Below are positions 9,991 to 20,167 of a DNA stretch of 64,000 nucleotides, piece by piece (the stretch's first letter is position 1; every line of letters starts with the position of its first letter). Below the pieces are notes generated by a model. That model was not told where the DNA came from. It saw nothing but the letters and a program-made list of their open reading frames with translations, and made no database searches. A program made the position numbers and the translations under genes. This DNA is from Candidatus Marinacidobacterales bacterium (lineage in GTDB: Bacteria > Acidobacteriota > Vicinamibacteria > Marinacidobacterales > DATDRI01): NCBI GenBank assembly GCA_965219415.1, contig CBDCNP010000002.1, positions 288,001 through 352,000 of the forward strand, given 5' to 3'.

Positions 9991-12900
9991 GATAGATATT
10001 GCTCGCCGGCAATGCAGAGGACGGCGTGAATGACGTGGCCGCGGTGATGACGTCGATGGGAGTTCCCCCGCTCGTAACGTTGTCCACCACCAACCGGTAG
10101 CTGGCGGCGTCCGTCACCGCGCTCCACTGAAACGTCGGCGTGGTGTCATTGGTCGCGCCGACGATCGGGCTAACCAGATTCGGGGCCGGGAGCACTCCCA
10201 CGCAGCCATTGAGAGAGACATCGTCCACGAAAAAGTTGGTCCCAGTCGGTGAGCCGGTAGTCGTCGACTCGAACCGTAAGGTGTGGGTCCCCCCGTCGGC
10301 GTAGGCGTCCACGTTCACCACTACCTGGGCGTAGCCGCTGCCATAGGTCGGATCCCCCTCCAGCACCGAGAAGACCTCCTGCCCGTCGATGAGGACCCGC
10401 ATCTCATCCACGCCGTTCCCGCTGGAGATGTTGATCCAAAGGTAGAACGATAGGGATGCCGCCCCGAGCGGAATGCTGACGGTCTGCTCGACCGAGCCTT
10501 GTTCTGGGACGCTGATACCGCCGAACCAGATCCACCAGTCGCCGGTTCGCGCCGCGGTCACAAGGCAGGTGCTAGGGTCGCAAAGCGGGGTCCCAAAGTT
10601 GGTCGAGACCTGCGTCCAAGCGGGGCTCGCGGCGCCTCCTTCGAAGCTGCCATCCGCAACTCTCTCGCTGCACTGATCGGCGGTAGTGAAAGACCAAACC
10701 GGTCCAGACACGTCGGGGCCCACGGAATCCCGACTGACTACTCTCCAGTAGTACGTGGTGGTGAATTCGAGTTGGGCGGGGGAGTAGCTGCTCTCGGTCT
10801 GGTTGCTCGAGACGAGCGGCGGGTTCGACGACGTCCCAAAGTAAACGTCATAGGTCGCAGCTCCGGCGATCCAGGATAGCGTTGGAGTGTGAACTACGTC
10901 GACCGCCCCGTCGACCGGTGAAGGCGCACGAGGAGTGATGTTGCCCTGAAGCAAATCGACCCAAAACGCCCCTCGGCCATGCGTGAAGGCAAAGAGTCTG
11001 GTTTGTGAAGCATCGAGCGCAAGCGTTTCCGTAACCACATTGGCGAAGCCGGTGTTCTCGACGGCCCAAGTTGCGCCCGCGTCGATGGAAGTGAAGACAC
11101 CGAGATCGGTCCCGACATAGAGGTGGCTTCCCACTGGAGCCGCCACCGGGTCGACCACGATGGAATGAGACGGTACGTCGGGGATGCCGGTGCTTCCTGA
11201 GCCATCGAGATCGCCCCAGCTCGCGCCGCCCGTTGGTGCTCTTCCACACGTGTATGCCGCCGAACGTCGAGTAGGTGGCGTACGCCGTCATCTCGTCCTC
11301 GGGATGAAACGCGAGGGACGACACGAATCCGCTCCTGGGCCGGTTGGACGGCCAGTCTGTCGTGGATGACGCGCCCAGAGCCACGTCGGTCCGATGGATG
11401 CGCCCATTTGTGAGCCCGACCAGAACGCGGTTGGGGTTCGTGGGAGACACCGCCAGGGCACTCACGGTGCCCCCGAGCTGGGTGCTCGCCTGGGTCCAGT
11501 TGGACGCTCCATTCACGGTGCGCCAGACGAAACGACCTCCCGTCCACAACCTCTGGGAGTCGCTCGGATCCATAATGAAGGGCGTGATGAAGAGGCCGGA
11601 ATCGCTGATGCCGTTGGTGGGGCTCGAAAAGCTCGCCCCGCCGTTGGTGGATTTCCTAATCGCCCAGCCCTGGAATTCCGCATAAAGGATATTGGTGTTG
11701 GTGGGGTCGACCGCCACGTAGCCACCGTCTCCGCCCATAATCGGCTGCCAATTCTGCGGGCCGCCGGTATCGTTGCCGCGGATGGTGCCGTTGTCCTGTG
11801 TGCCACCGAAGTAGGTTTGTCCGTTCGGATACGGGGCGCCGTGGTCGAACTGGGTGACCCCGTAGTTGTTATTCAAAGAGGACCAGGTTCACATCCGAGC
11901 TGGGGCCCGAGCACACATTGAGGTCGGTCCCCGCTCTGGCATCCAGAGTGCGGTAGATGCCGCCGTCGTTTCCCGCGAAGAGCGTCTTGTTGCTCACTCC
12001 ATCGTAGCCAGGGTGAAAGGCGAGCGCGTGTTGATCCACGTGGGAGTTCCGGCCGGCATAACCCCAGTTCTGCCCGCCATCATCGGAACGGAAGAGATCG
12101 ACCCCACCGGTCCACACGACGTCCGAGTCCACTGGATCCACGGCGATGACGTTGTCGTACCAACCCTGGTTGAAGAAGCTTCCTGCACAAAGGGCGAACC
12201 AACTGTTTGTCAGAAGCATCCGGTTCATGGATGTCGGGTCGTTATTCCGCACCCGAGCCGTCCAAGAGACGCCCCCGTCGGTGGAGCGAAAGACCGCGTG
12301 AAGACCGTAGATCACGTCCTGGTTGGATGGTGCGATCCCCAACGAAGTTCGCCCCAAGCCGGTCTCGGTCAATGATGCCGACCACGCACCGCCACCACCA
12401 GCATCCGGATTACGGTACACCGTCGCGTCAGTGAACGTACCCCCGCAGGAAGCGAAAACCACGTCGTTCGCCGAGTCAGTACGAATCACGAGATCCAGGC
12501 AGCCGTTCGACGTCCCGGGGACAAGCACTTGGGACCAACTGCCTCCCCCGTCGAGGGAGCGCCAGACCCCGGTCCTCGTCGCCGCGTACACCCGCTGCGA
12601 GCTGTTGGGGCTCACCACCACGTCGTTCACATAGTGGAAGCTCGAGTTGTTGGTGGAGGCGAGGTGGTTCCAGCTCGCCCCGCCGTCAGTCGTCTTGAAG
12701 ATCCCCGCGCCACGGACCGCGTCACCGTTGAAAACGCCCTCGCCCGTTCCGGCGTAGAGCACGCTTGAGTTACTCGGGTCCATGGCCAGCGATGCCACCG
12801 CCAAGTTTGCCATCAGGTCATCGAGAGCCGACCAAGATGAGCCCCCGTTGGTCGTCTTCCAGACTCCCCCGGCGACGCCGCCGGCGTACATAACGTCGGC

Positions 12901-13460
12901 ATTTCCTGGATCGATGACCAGCACGCGGGTGCGCCCTCCGACGTTGCCGGGACCGAGCTCCTCCCAAGTGGAGAGCGCTTGCATCGCGGAGGCAGTCATC
13001 CCTGCCGGAGCCATGAGGTCCGACGCCGTGGAGTAAACGGACATATTTCTCATTTGCCTTCGAGCGCTCAGGTAGCGCTCCACCGGAACCGCCGTCTCCC
13101 CTACCGGTGCCCGCTTCGCTCGGTAGTACTCTTGCGCCTCCGCCGGTTTATCGAATCGAGCCTTTCCCTTGACGAGCTTGCGCTCGCGGCTCGCCGGCTT
13201 GGCAACGGGGAGCGCCGACGATACGCTGATAACGCCCCCGCGACCCGGCCCGTGAGGCGGATGGGTAACGGCAAGAGCGCAAAGGATTCCATACGCGAGA
13301 ACTATGAAGCCCGATCGGCTACCTTTGGTCATCTAGAGTTGCAGCTCTCTCGAGAGGGGGATTTCCTGCTCGCCTCCGCGGGTGACGCCAGAAACCGCAG
13401 GGGCAATCGATTTCCACGTAAATCCATTTTCGTCCTTCCGAGGGGTTGGGATCCTAACGG

Positions 13461-13475
13461 GCAGATCCCGTGCCA
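13461..13475 (-). promoter_or_regulatory. Putative sigma54 (-24/-12) promoter for the BNR protein gene
   Basis: TGGCACGGGATCTGC (GG-N10-GC) about 130 nt upstream of the start, in a 545-bp intergenic region. Confidence 0.5.
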
Positions 13476-13877
13476 CGATCTGACCACCCGCCCTCGTATC
13501 GCTTCTCAACGAGGTAACTCCGGTTTGTCGCTAAGTTTATAGAACTAGGAAGCTTGTTGACACAGCTCGCACGTCGACTTTTCTCATCGCGCCGGGCGTT
13601 TGCCCTCACTGAGGCGATTCCCTGACACTTGTTACAAATTTCGTCGCTCTCAACTCATTGCAAACAAGTGATTTCGATCACATGCAGGAACGCATGTGTT
13701 TCTTGGGGAGCTGAGATGATGTCGTCGATGTCGGCCAAGCCCCCCCTCCGGGACACCGTTGCTCGGGCAACTCGTTGGCGCTGGATTGGCGGCGCTCTTT
13801 GTGACAGGATAGCCCCCGCAGTTCGTCTATGAAATCACGGCGCGCCGTGTGCGCCCGGTCGTAGAAACGCTGGAGGG

Positions 13878-14468
13878 ATGACCTTGAAAATTCAATCACT
13901 CTTATTGTCGCTTGGGTTGCTGCTCGTTCCATTCGCCGTTCATGGGCAAGAGGAAGTCGAAGGTGAGGCCGAGGCTGCGCCCACAGTGGAACCCTTGGTG
14001 GGAGCCGTTACCGGCGGCCAGCTTCGCGAGGTTCGTCGCCTGTTGAAAGACGGCGCGGACGCCAACGGGTCCACCGAGGGTGGGTCGCCGCTGCTCCTAT
14101 ACGCGTCACTTCATGGTCTCGAGAACGTTGCGAAAGCGCTCATCGAGGCCCAGGCCGACCTGAACGCTCAGAACCGGGCCGGCGCGACCGCTCTGATGTA
14201 CGCCGCGCAGTTCAAGCACAACGGTATCGTGGAAGCGCTCATTGAAGGCGGGGCCGATATGAACGCTGGGGATAGCGTGGGTTGGACGCCGCTCATCTAC
14301 GCGGTGGTGGGAGGAAACGCCGCGGCTATCACGGTCCTCCTCGAGGCAGGGGCAGACGTGAATGCGACTGGCCTGTTTGGTCGGAACGCAGCGCAAATCG
14401 CGGAGACTCGAGGGAACGCCGACGTCATCGCAGCTCTCAACCCACCGCCGCCGCCGCCCGGTTCGTGA
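13878..14468 (+). CDS. Secreted ankyrin-repeat protein
   Basis: Signal peptide; repeats GSPLL, GATALMYAA and GWTPLIYAV; poly-Pro tail. Confidence 0.92.
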   Translation: MTLKIQSLLLSLGLLLVPFAVHGQEEVEGEAEAAPTVEPLVGAVTGGQLREVRRLLKDGADANGSTEGGSPLLLYASLHGLENVAKALIEAQADLNAQNRAGATALMYAAQFKHNGIVEALIEGGADMNAGDSVGWTPLIYAVVGGNAAAITVLLEAGADVNATGLFGRNAAQIAETRGNADVIAALNPPPPPPGS

Positions 14469-14499
14469 GAACCGGTGGCGACCCCGGTTGTACTTCGTA

Positions 14500-15684
14500 T
14501 CAAAAGAATACGCTGACCGAGAAATAGGCGGTTGTGGCAGCGAGTCCGTACTCGGACGGCAGGCCGCCGCCAGGGGTTGGCTCGTCGTCACCAACCCCGA
14601 CGAAAACACCACCTGTCACGGTGGCTTCATCGCTCGCCGAATAAACGACGCTCGGCGACAGCAGTGAGCTCGGGTCGTTGAGGTTCAACAACCACAGGAA
14701 CGACAGGCTCCACAAGGGGTTGAGCTGGAACTGGGCCTGGCTCGCGATCTCGTCCCGACCCAGAACCTGAAGCTCTCCCCTCTGAAACGCGAGAGACGTC
14801 AATACGTCGGTGTATTCTTTCGGACTCGCAGCGCCAAGACCATCACGCTGATACTCGACCACCACGTAGAAGTCGCGCTTGAAGACATCGAAGCGACGAT
14901 CCACTCCGATCGTTCCGCGAAAGACCGTGTCACCCTCTTCCCGCAGTAACACCGCCTCGCCTCGGATCGCGGCGGGACCGAGCGACCCGGCCGCGCCCCC
15001 GGCCACGGTGGGTTTCTGGTAAAGTGCACCTCCCCAACCCGACAGCTCCCAATTCTTCCAGGTGGTGAGCCCTCTCGCGACGGCGGTGACTTCGGTCCCG
15101 GCCTGCTCGAAATCCGTAGCTCGCACGACGAAATCCAGTTGGCTGAGAGGTCCGGGGAATGCCTGGGCTCGAACCGCATCGACCCCCGCCCGAAACTCAC
15201 GAAACGGATCGGCAGGACTAAACGGTGAGAACGGATCCGCCGGTGTGAGAAAGAGCGTAGTCGCCCAGGAGATGGCTTGCCGACCAACCTCCAGGTCGAA
15301 CGCTGGGCTCGGATTCCAGCCGAGCGACAGACGGTCGAAACGGTGTTGCCACAGAACGTGGGTGCTTTCCTCGATCGTCCATTGAAGAGGGAGCCACTCC
15401 CCTCCGCCAGGAACCGAGCCAACGAAAAAACCCGGTAGGGCCTTTCCCTGTCGAAGGGTGAACAATTGCTCATAGGCCACGTCCAAGTTAAAGTCCCCGA
15501 ACACCGGGTCGGACATGATGCGAAGCCGGTTGAAATCGCTCAACGCACTTTCAGAGATCTCTGTGGACTCGCTCCACAAAGGAACGTTTTGATAGTGGGC
15601 GGTGAGAGGTAGTGACTGCCCCAGGGCGTCACCGACACCCAGGAAAACAACAACCGCAAGCGGGACCGCGGTGCGGCGCGTCAA
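14500..15684 (-). CDS. Probable outer-membrane beta-barrel protein linked to the ABC operon
   Basis: Signal peptide; VGRQAISW and GVDAVR motifs; ends YFSVSVFF; 4-nt overlap with the ATPase gene. Confidence 0.7.
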   Translation of the reverse strand: MTRRTAVPLAVVVFLGVGDALGQSLPLTAHYQNVPLWSESTEISESALSDFNRLRIMSDPVFGDFNLDVAYEQLFTLRQGKALPGFFVGSVPGGGEWLPLQWTIEESTHVLWQHRFDRLSLGWNPSPAFDLEVGRQAISWATTLFLTPADPFSPFSPADPFREFRAGVDAVRAQAFPGPLSQLDFVVRATDFEQAGTEVTAVARGLTTWKNWELSGWGGALYQKPTVAGGAAGSLGPAAIRGEAVLLREEGDTVFRGTIGVDRRFDVFKRDFYVVVEYQRDGLGAASPKEYTDVLTSLAFQRGELQVLGRDEIASQAQFQLNPLWSLSFLWLLNLNDPSSLLSPSVVYSASDEATVTGGVFVGVGDDEPTPGGGLPSEYGLAATTAYFSVSVFF

Positions 15685-16403
15685 TTCTTGGGCTCGAGCT
15701 GGCGCCGTTCATCCGCGTCGATCGCACCGTCGACGAGGCGAATGAGCCGGCGGGATCGTTCCATCACTCGCGGATCGTGAGTCGCAAACACAAAAGTCGT
15801 ACCTAGCTCCTGGTTGAGCTCTTCCATGACCCCGAGCAACGCGTCGCTCGCCGACGAGTCGAGATTGGCCGTCGGTTCGTCGGCAAGCACCAGGACCGGC
15901 TCACCCACAACCGCCCGAATGACCGCCACTCGCTGCTGCTGGCCGCCTGAGAGTTTTCCGGGTCGACGATCCTCGAGACCACTGAGACCGGTGCACTCGA
16001 AGAGTTTGTGGACGCGCCGTTCCCGATCACTGGTCTCCATGCCGCGCAGAAGAAGCGGGAACTCGGCGTTTTCTTGCGCGGTAAGGACGGGGAGCAGGTT
16101 ATAGGCTTGGAAGATGAACCCCACGTGCTCGAGGCGCAGCGCAGCCAGCTCGCGATTCGACATCTTCGTAATGTCCCGCTCCGCTACCCAAACACTACCC
16201 CTCGTCGCCTTGGTCAATCCACCTATGAGATTCAGTAACGTCGTCTTGCCTGATCCGGACGGTCCTGCCAAGGCGGTGAACTCCCCTGCCTCGATGGTGA
16301 GTGAAACATCACGGACCGCCTCTACCCGCTCGGCCTCCTGCTCGAAGATCTTCCAGAGGTTCTCCGTCCGGACCGCGGCACTTCCTCTCTTCGTCTTACT
16401 CAT
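15681..16403 (-). CDS. ABC transporter ATP-binding protein (LolD/MacB-like)
   Basis: GPSGSGKTT, LSGGQQQRV, LADEPTANLD, THD. Confidence 0.96.
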   Translation of the reverse strand: MSKTKRGSAAVRTENLWKIFEQEAERVEAVRDVSLTIEAGEFTALAGPSGSGKTTLLNLIGGLTKATRGSVWVAERDITKMSNRELAALRLEHVGFIFQAYNLLPVLTAQENAEFPLLLRGMETSDRERRVHKLFECTGLSGLEDRRPGKLSGGQQQRVAVIRAVVGEPVLVLADEPTANLDSSASDALLGVMEELNQELGTTFVFATHDPRVMERSRRLIRLVDGAIDADERRQLEPKN

Positions 16404-16406
16404 CGT

Positions 16407-17684
16407 CTATCTCTCGAACTTCATCGCCTCCGTTACGTCGATGTGCATCGCTCGGTACGCTGGATAGAGCGACGCCAACGACCCGATCGCCAGCATGAAC
16501 ACCATGGCTTGAACAATCCGCGCCACGCGGAAGAGGGGAACGATTACCGGATCCATGACCACACCCGAAAAGCTCCAATCCTCGTCCCACATCCCGCTAA
16601 TATCGAGGCCGTCGCGCCAGAAATACCAGGTAATGAAAAGGCCCAGGGCAATGCCTAGGATGCCACTCACCACAGTGAGAAATAGACCTTCGATGAGCAC
16701 GAGCCGGCCCGTCTGTCCTGGCGTCAAACCCAGCGCTTGAAGGACTCCGAACTCACGATAACGATGCAAGACCGACATCAAAACGGTGTTCACGATTCCC
16801 AGTGCAATGATCGTGAATAGAATTCCCTGAAACATGTAGTTGCCGAAGTCGTCGATCTTGACCGCCGCGTCGAGCTCGGGCATCGCCTCGCGCCAACCCA
16901 TGACCGTCAGCGACCCTTGCTCGATGGGGGCGGCCAGCTGCCGACTAAGAACCCGGGTAACTCGCGGCACGGCGCCGCTGACATCGAGGAGCAGCGCAAG
17001 AGATGTGATGTCATCTCCTGAGCCCAACCAGGCACCGGCGGTAGTGAGCGGGATGTGCATCAACGAATGATCGACCTCCGGTATCCCGGTTCTAAAGATA
17101 CCGACCACTCTGAGTAGCAGACCCGCGATATCTCCTTCCGCGTCTTGGGCCGTGACTACCAGACGCGAGCCGAGACGGAGCTCCAGGCTCTCGGCGAGTC
17201 CCGCGGCTACATAGGCGGCTCGATTGTCATCGTCCTGCAGGTAGCGGCCTTCGGCGACCTTCTTGTCAAGGATGGAGAAGCTCGACTCCGAGCTTGGGTC
17301 CACGCCCACGATCTGAACCGGGCGCGCACCAGCGGGAGAGCTTGCCAGACCGCTGATCGTCAGCTGCGGCGACACCGCGGCAACGTGCTCGGAAACGTCG
17401 GCGGCGGCGATCGCCGCCTCTGCCACCGCGCGTGCGTCGGCCGGAAGACGGTCCTCGATCTTCCGGCTGGTCTTGAAGCCTGGGGCTTGAACAGAGACGT
17501 GGCCACCGGCCATCCGCACCGCGGACTCGATCCAAGCTTCGTGCGTTCCGTCTCCTAATGGCAGGCTGATCATCAGTAGTGTTCCCCCGACGATCATGGC
17601 CGCCGCCGTCAAAAGTGTTCGACGGACGTGCCTCCGAAGATTGCGAAACGCCAGCTGCGTCAAGACCCGGCCCTGGCTCTTCAC
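16407..17684 (-). CDS. ABC permease, FtsX/LolE-like
   Basis: LAFRNLRRHVRRT; NTVLMSVLHRYREFGVLQALG. Confidence 0.93.
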   Translation of the reverse strand: MKSQGRVLTQLAFRNLRRHVRRTLLTAAAMIVGGTLLMISLPLGDGTHEAWIESAVRMAGGHVSVQAPGFKTSRKIEDRLPADARAVAEAAIAAADVSEHVAAVSPQLTISGLASSPAGARPVQIVGVDPSSESSFSILDKKVAEGRYLQDDDNRAAYVAAGLAESLELRLGSRLVVTAQDAEGDIAGLLLRVVGIFRTGIPEVDHSLMHIPLTTAGAWLGSGDDITSLALLLDVSGAVPRVTRVLSRQLAAPIEQGSLTVMGWREAMPELDAAVKIDDFGNYMFQGILFTIIALGIVNTVLMSVLHRYREFGVLQALGLTPGQTGRLVLIEGLFLTVVSGILGIALGLFITWYFWRDGLDISGMWDEDWSFSGVVMDPVIVPLFRVARIVQAMVFMLAIGSLASLYPAYRAMHIDVTEAMKFER

Positions 17685-17691
17685 AGTCTCT

Positions 17692-18948
17692 TCATAGTCC
17701 GGACAGGGTATCGGCCGGCGGAACGCGGGAGGCTCGCGCAGCCGGATAGAGGGCGGCGATCAACGCGGTAGTCAGGAGTGCCACTCCAGCCCATGCCGCC
17801 ATCGGAAAATTGTATTCGACCCTCAAGGTGGGTCTCATCAGCGCCCCGAACATCGTGAACTCGCCGTAAATCCAACTGAGATCGGGCGGGGCGTTGTGCC
17901 ACCAAAACATGATGGGAAACGTAATCGCGGCTCCCACCAAGAGACTCAAGAGACCGAGGGCAATCGCCTCGGCGACGACGGTGAGCAATACCGCCCCCGG
18001 ACCGCTCCCCAGAGCCAGCATCACCGCGAACTCGCGGCGACGCTCGAACGTCGTCATGAGCATGGTGTTGGCAACACCAAAGACCGCTATGGCGAACACG
18101 ATAAGAATGACAATGAAGTACCACGCTTCCACGAGCTGAACGTACTCCAGCATTTCAGGGCGCAGCACGTTCCACGGTACGATCTCCAAGGGTGGGCCGG
18201 CCGCAAGCTGTCTTTCCAACCGGACCGCTGCCTCCTTAGCCAACCAAGGGTTGGTGGTCCGGGCAGCTATTTCGTGGATGCGAGCGGAATCCAGCGCGAC
18301 CAGAGTCTGCAGGGAATCCAATGGAAGCAACGCGTACGACACGTCGAGCCCGGCCAAGCCCGTCCGATAAATCCCTGTAACGGAAAAGAGATCATTTCCC
18401 ATCGAGCCGTCGGCTCCGGGAGCCACCAAAACCACCTCATCTCCGAGCTCGACAGCGAGCTGCTTAGCCATCTCGGACCCGATCAGAATCTCGTTTCTGC
18501 CGGAGGATGGAACGCGACCACTCGTCAACCCGGTCAAGATTCGGCTCACGTTCGGCTCGCGGTCGGGGTCGATGCCCATGAGCATGCCCGCCGAGGTGGA
18601 GTCACCAGAGCTCACGAGTCCACCCGCATACACCCGGGGCGCAGCGGCTTCGATGGCTGGATCGTTGGTCACGGCACGAAGAATTTCCTCGACGTCCGCG
18701 CCACCACGCCCGCCGATGGTCTCGTAGAGACTTCGCTCCGGCCGGTAGTCGAGGGAATGGACCTGCAGTTGCCCGGTGATAAGAGCGGTCCCATTCTCCA
18801 CCATCTCGGCCTTGAGGCCGTCGGCCCAGCCGACGATGAAAACGACGGCGAAGTAGCCGACCGCAAGCCCCAATGCGGTAATGAAGGTACGCCTTCGGTT
18901 GCGGCCGAGATTCCGCCAGCCGATGAGCAGCCACGGAGCTTGGAGCAT
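17692..18948 (-). CDS. ABC permease, FtsX/LolE-like
   Basis: WRNLGRNRRRT; NTMLMTTFERRREFAVMLALG; YPAARASR. Confidence 0.93.
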   Translation of the reverse strand: MLQAPWLLIGWRNLGRNRRRTFITALGLAVGYFAVVFIVGWADGLKAEMVENGTALITGQLQVHSLDYRPERSLYETIGGRGGADVEEILRAVTNDPAIEAAAPRVYAGGLVSSGDSTSAGMLMGIDPDREPNVSRILTGLTSGRVPSSGRNEILIGSEMAKQLAVELGDEVVLVAPGADGSMGNDLFSVTGIYRTGLAGLDVSYALLPLDSLQTLVALDSARIHEIAARTTNPWLAKEAAVRLERQLAAGPPLEIVPWNVLRPEMLEYVQLVEAWYFIVILIVFAIAVFGVANTMLMTTFERRREFAVMLALGSGPGAVLLTVVAEAIALGLLSLLVGAAITFPIMFWWHNAPPDLSWIYGEFTMFGALMRPTLRVEYNFPMAAWAGVALLTTALIAALYPAARASRVPPADTLSGL

Positions 18949-19053
18949 GTTTGTTCCCTTAATCCCTCTCCGCTAGGAAGACTGCGGGCGTCACGCAGCG
19001 TCGTGCCGTTATCACTGGAGTCAGACGCCGGGTGAGGGAAAAAGAAACCACCG

Positions 19054-19806
19054 TCATCGTCGGCGTTTCAGCGACTGCAGCGAGAAGAAGGGTTCCTGGA
19101 TGTCGATGTCGAACTCTAGCTCACCGTACCGAATCGTGGTTCTCTCGTTGGGCTTGTCCTCCGGGTGCATGTCCATTACCGCGGGGACCAGACGCCCGCC
19201 CATTTTTCGGAAATCACTGTAGGCCAGCGAGCGCACGAGCTCATCATCCTCATCGTAGTAGCGTGCCCAGAGGGGCATGAAGTCTGCTTTGCGAACCCGG
19301 AACTCGATGTGCCCCCACACCACGGGTGCTTCTGGTTTCGGCGTCAGCTTGAAATCCCAGACCTCTACCCCGTCACGATCCCCTTCGAAGGCGACCTCGA
19401 TGTCGTAGTCTCCGACTAAAGTACTCTCCTTCACGAGGTCGTCATTGGTGAAATGAGAGCCCATCCAGGACCCCATCATCATCGATGCCGGGATCTTGAT
19501 CGTGCGATCCACCTTCGGAAGGTAGTTCCAAATGTCATCGCCCGCCTTGAGAGTGCCGGTGCCGGCCTCTTTGGCGGGGCTGACAATTTTCACTAGAGAG
19601 TACTCGGTGCCCAACGACCAGAGCTCCATCTTCAAACTACGTTCCCAGTTCTCGGTCACGACTTCCATCGTGGCAACACCATGACTCGAATCACCGCGCA
19701 GAATCCGATCGACGCGGTCGATGATGTCGCGGGGAGAGTCTTGGCCGTTGGCTGCGCCTGCCCCAAGAAGAAGAAGGAGAGCCAGCATTCCTCGCATACG
19801 CTTCAT
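19054..19806 (-). CDS. Outer-membrane lipoprotein-sorting protein (LolA-like)
   Basis: Signal peptide; WNYLPKVDRTIKI and SWMGSHFTNDDL motifs; first gene of the ABC operon. Confidence 0.88.
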   Translation of the reverse strand: MKRMRGMLALLLLLGAGAANGQDSPRDIIDRVDRILRGDSSHGVATMEVVTENWERSLKMELWSLGTEYSLVKIVSPAKEAGTGTLKAGDDIWNYLPKVDRTIKIPASMMMGSWMGSHFTNDDLVKESTLVGDYDIEVAFEGDRDGVEVWDFKLTPKPEAPVVWGHIEFRVRKADFMPLWARYYDEDDELVRSLAYSDFRKMGGRLVPAVMDMHPEDKPNERTTIRYGELEFDIDIQEPFFSLQSLKRRR

Positions 19807-20067
19807 TGGTAACTTCCCATAAGTATTAGCGGCCGTTTCCTTCGCGCCACCTAGGTCCAAGCTATTGTTGCCATGACGAATACTTCCGGAAAGAAAAGAA
19901 GAGAACTAACATTCAGTGAGCTATCGACGTCAGCAACCCTACACGATAGCGGGGACGCCACTAGGTTGCAAGCCGCCGCAACGATTGGAGTGTGAACGGG
20001 GCGGCGGAGCGGATATCATGGAGCTTCGCGGGATGCAGTTGAAATAGAGGAACAGGAGACTACGATT

Positions 20068-20141
20068 CCCTCACCCGGCGTCTGGCCACGTCGAGAGTGG
20101 CACGCCGTCTTTTGACGCCCAACTCTCCCAAAGGGAGAGGG
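20068..20141. repeat. REP-like palindromic element (CCCTCACCC...CTCTCCC-aaa-GGGAGAGGG)
   Basis: Same ends as the 2277-2308 element, with a longer internal spacer. Confidence 0.55.
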
Positions 20142-20167
20142 CTTAAAGGACGAGGAGACTATTTATA

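Larger units (their letters stand above)
8073..13332 (-). pseudogene. Large secreted BNR/Asp-box beta-propeller protein with Ig/FnIII-like, CBM-like and discoidin-like (F5/8C) domains; split by ISL3, frameshifted, 3'-truncated
   Basis: Repeated S/T-x-D/N-G-G-x-S/T-W boxes; pieces rejoin with 1-nt corrections near 11886, 11230 and 8172; removing the IS restores PASNIY|QWRVQARDAA in frame with ORF 8078-8542. Confidence 0.85.
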
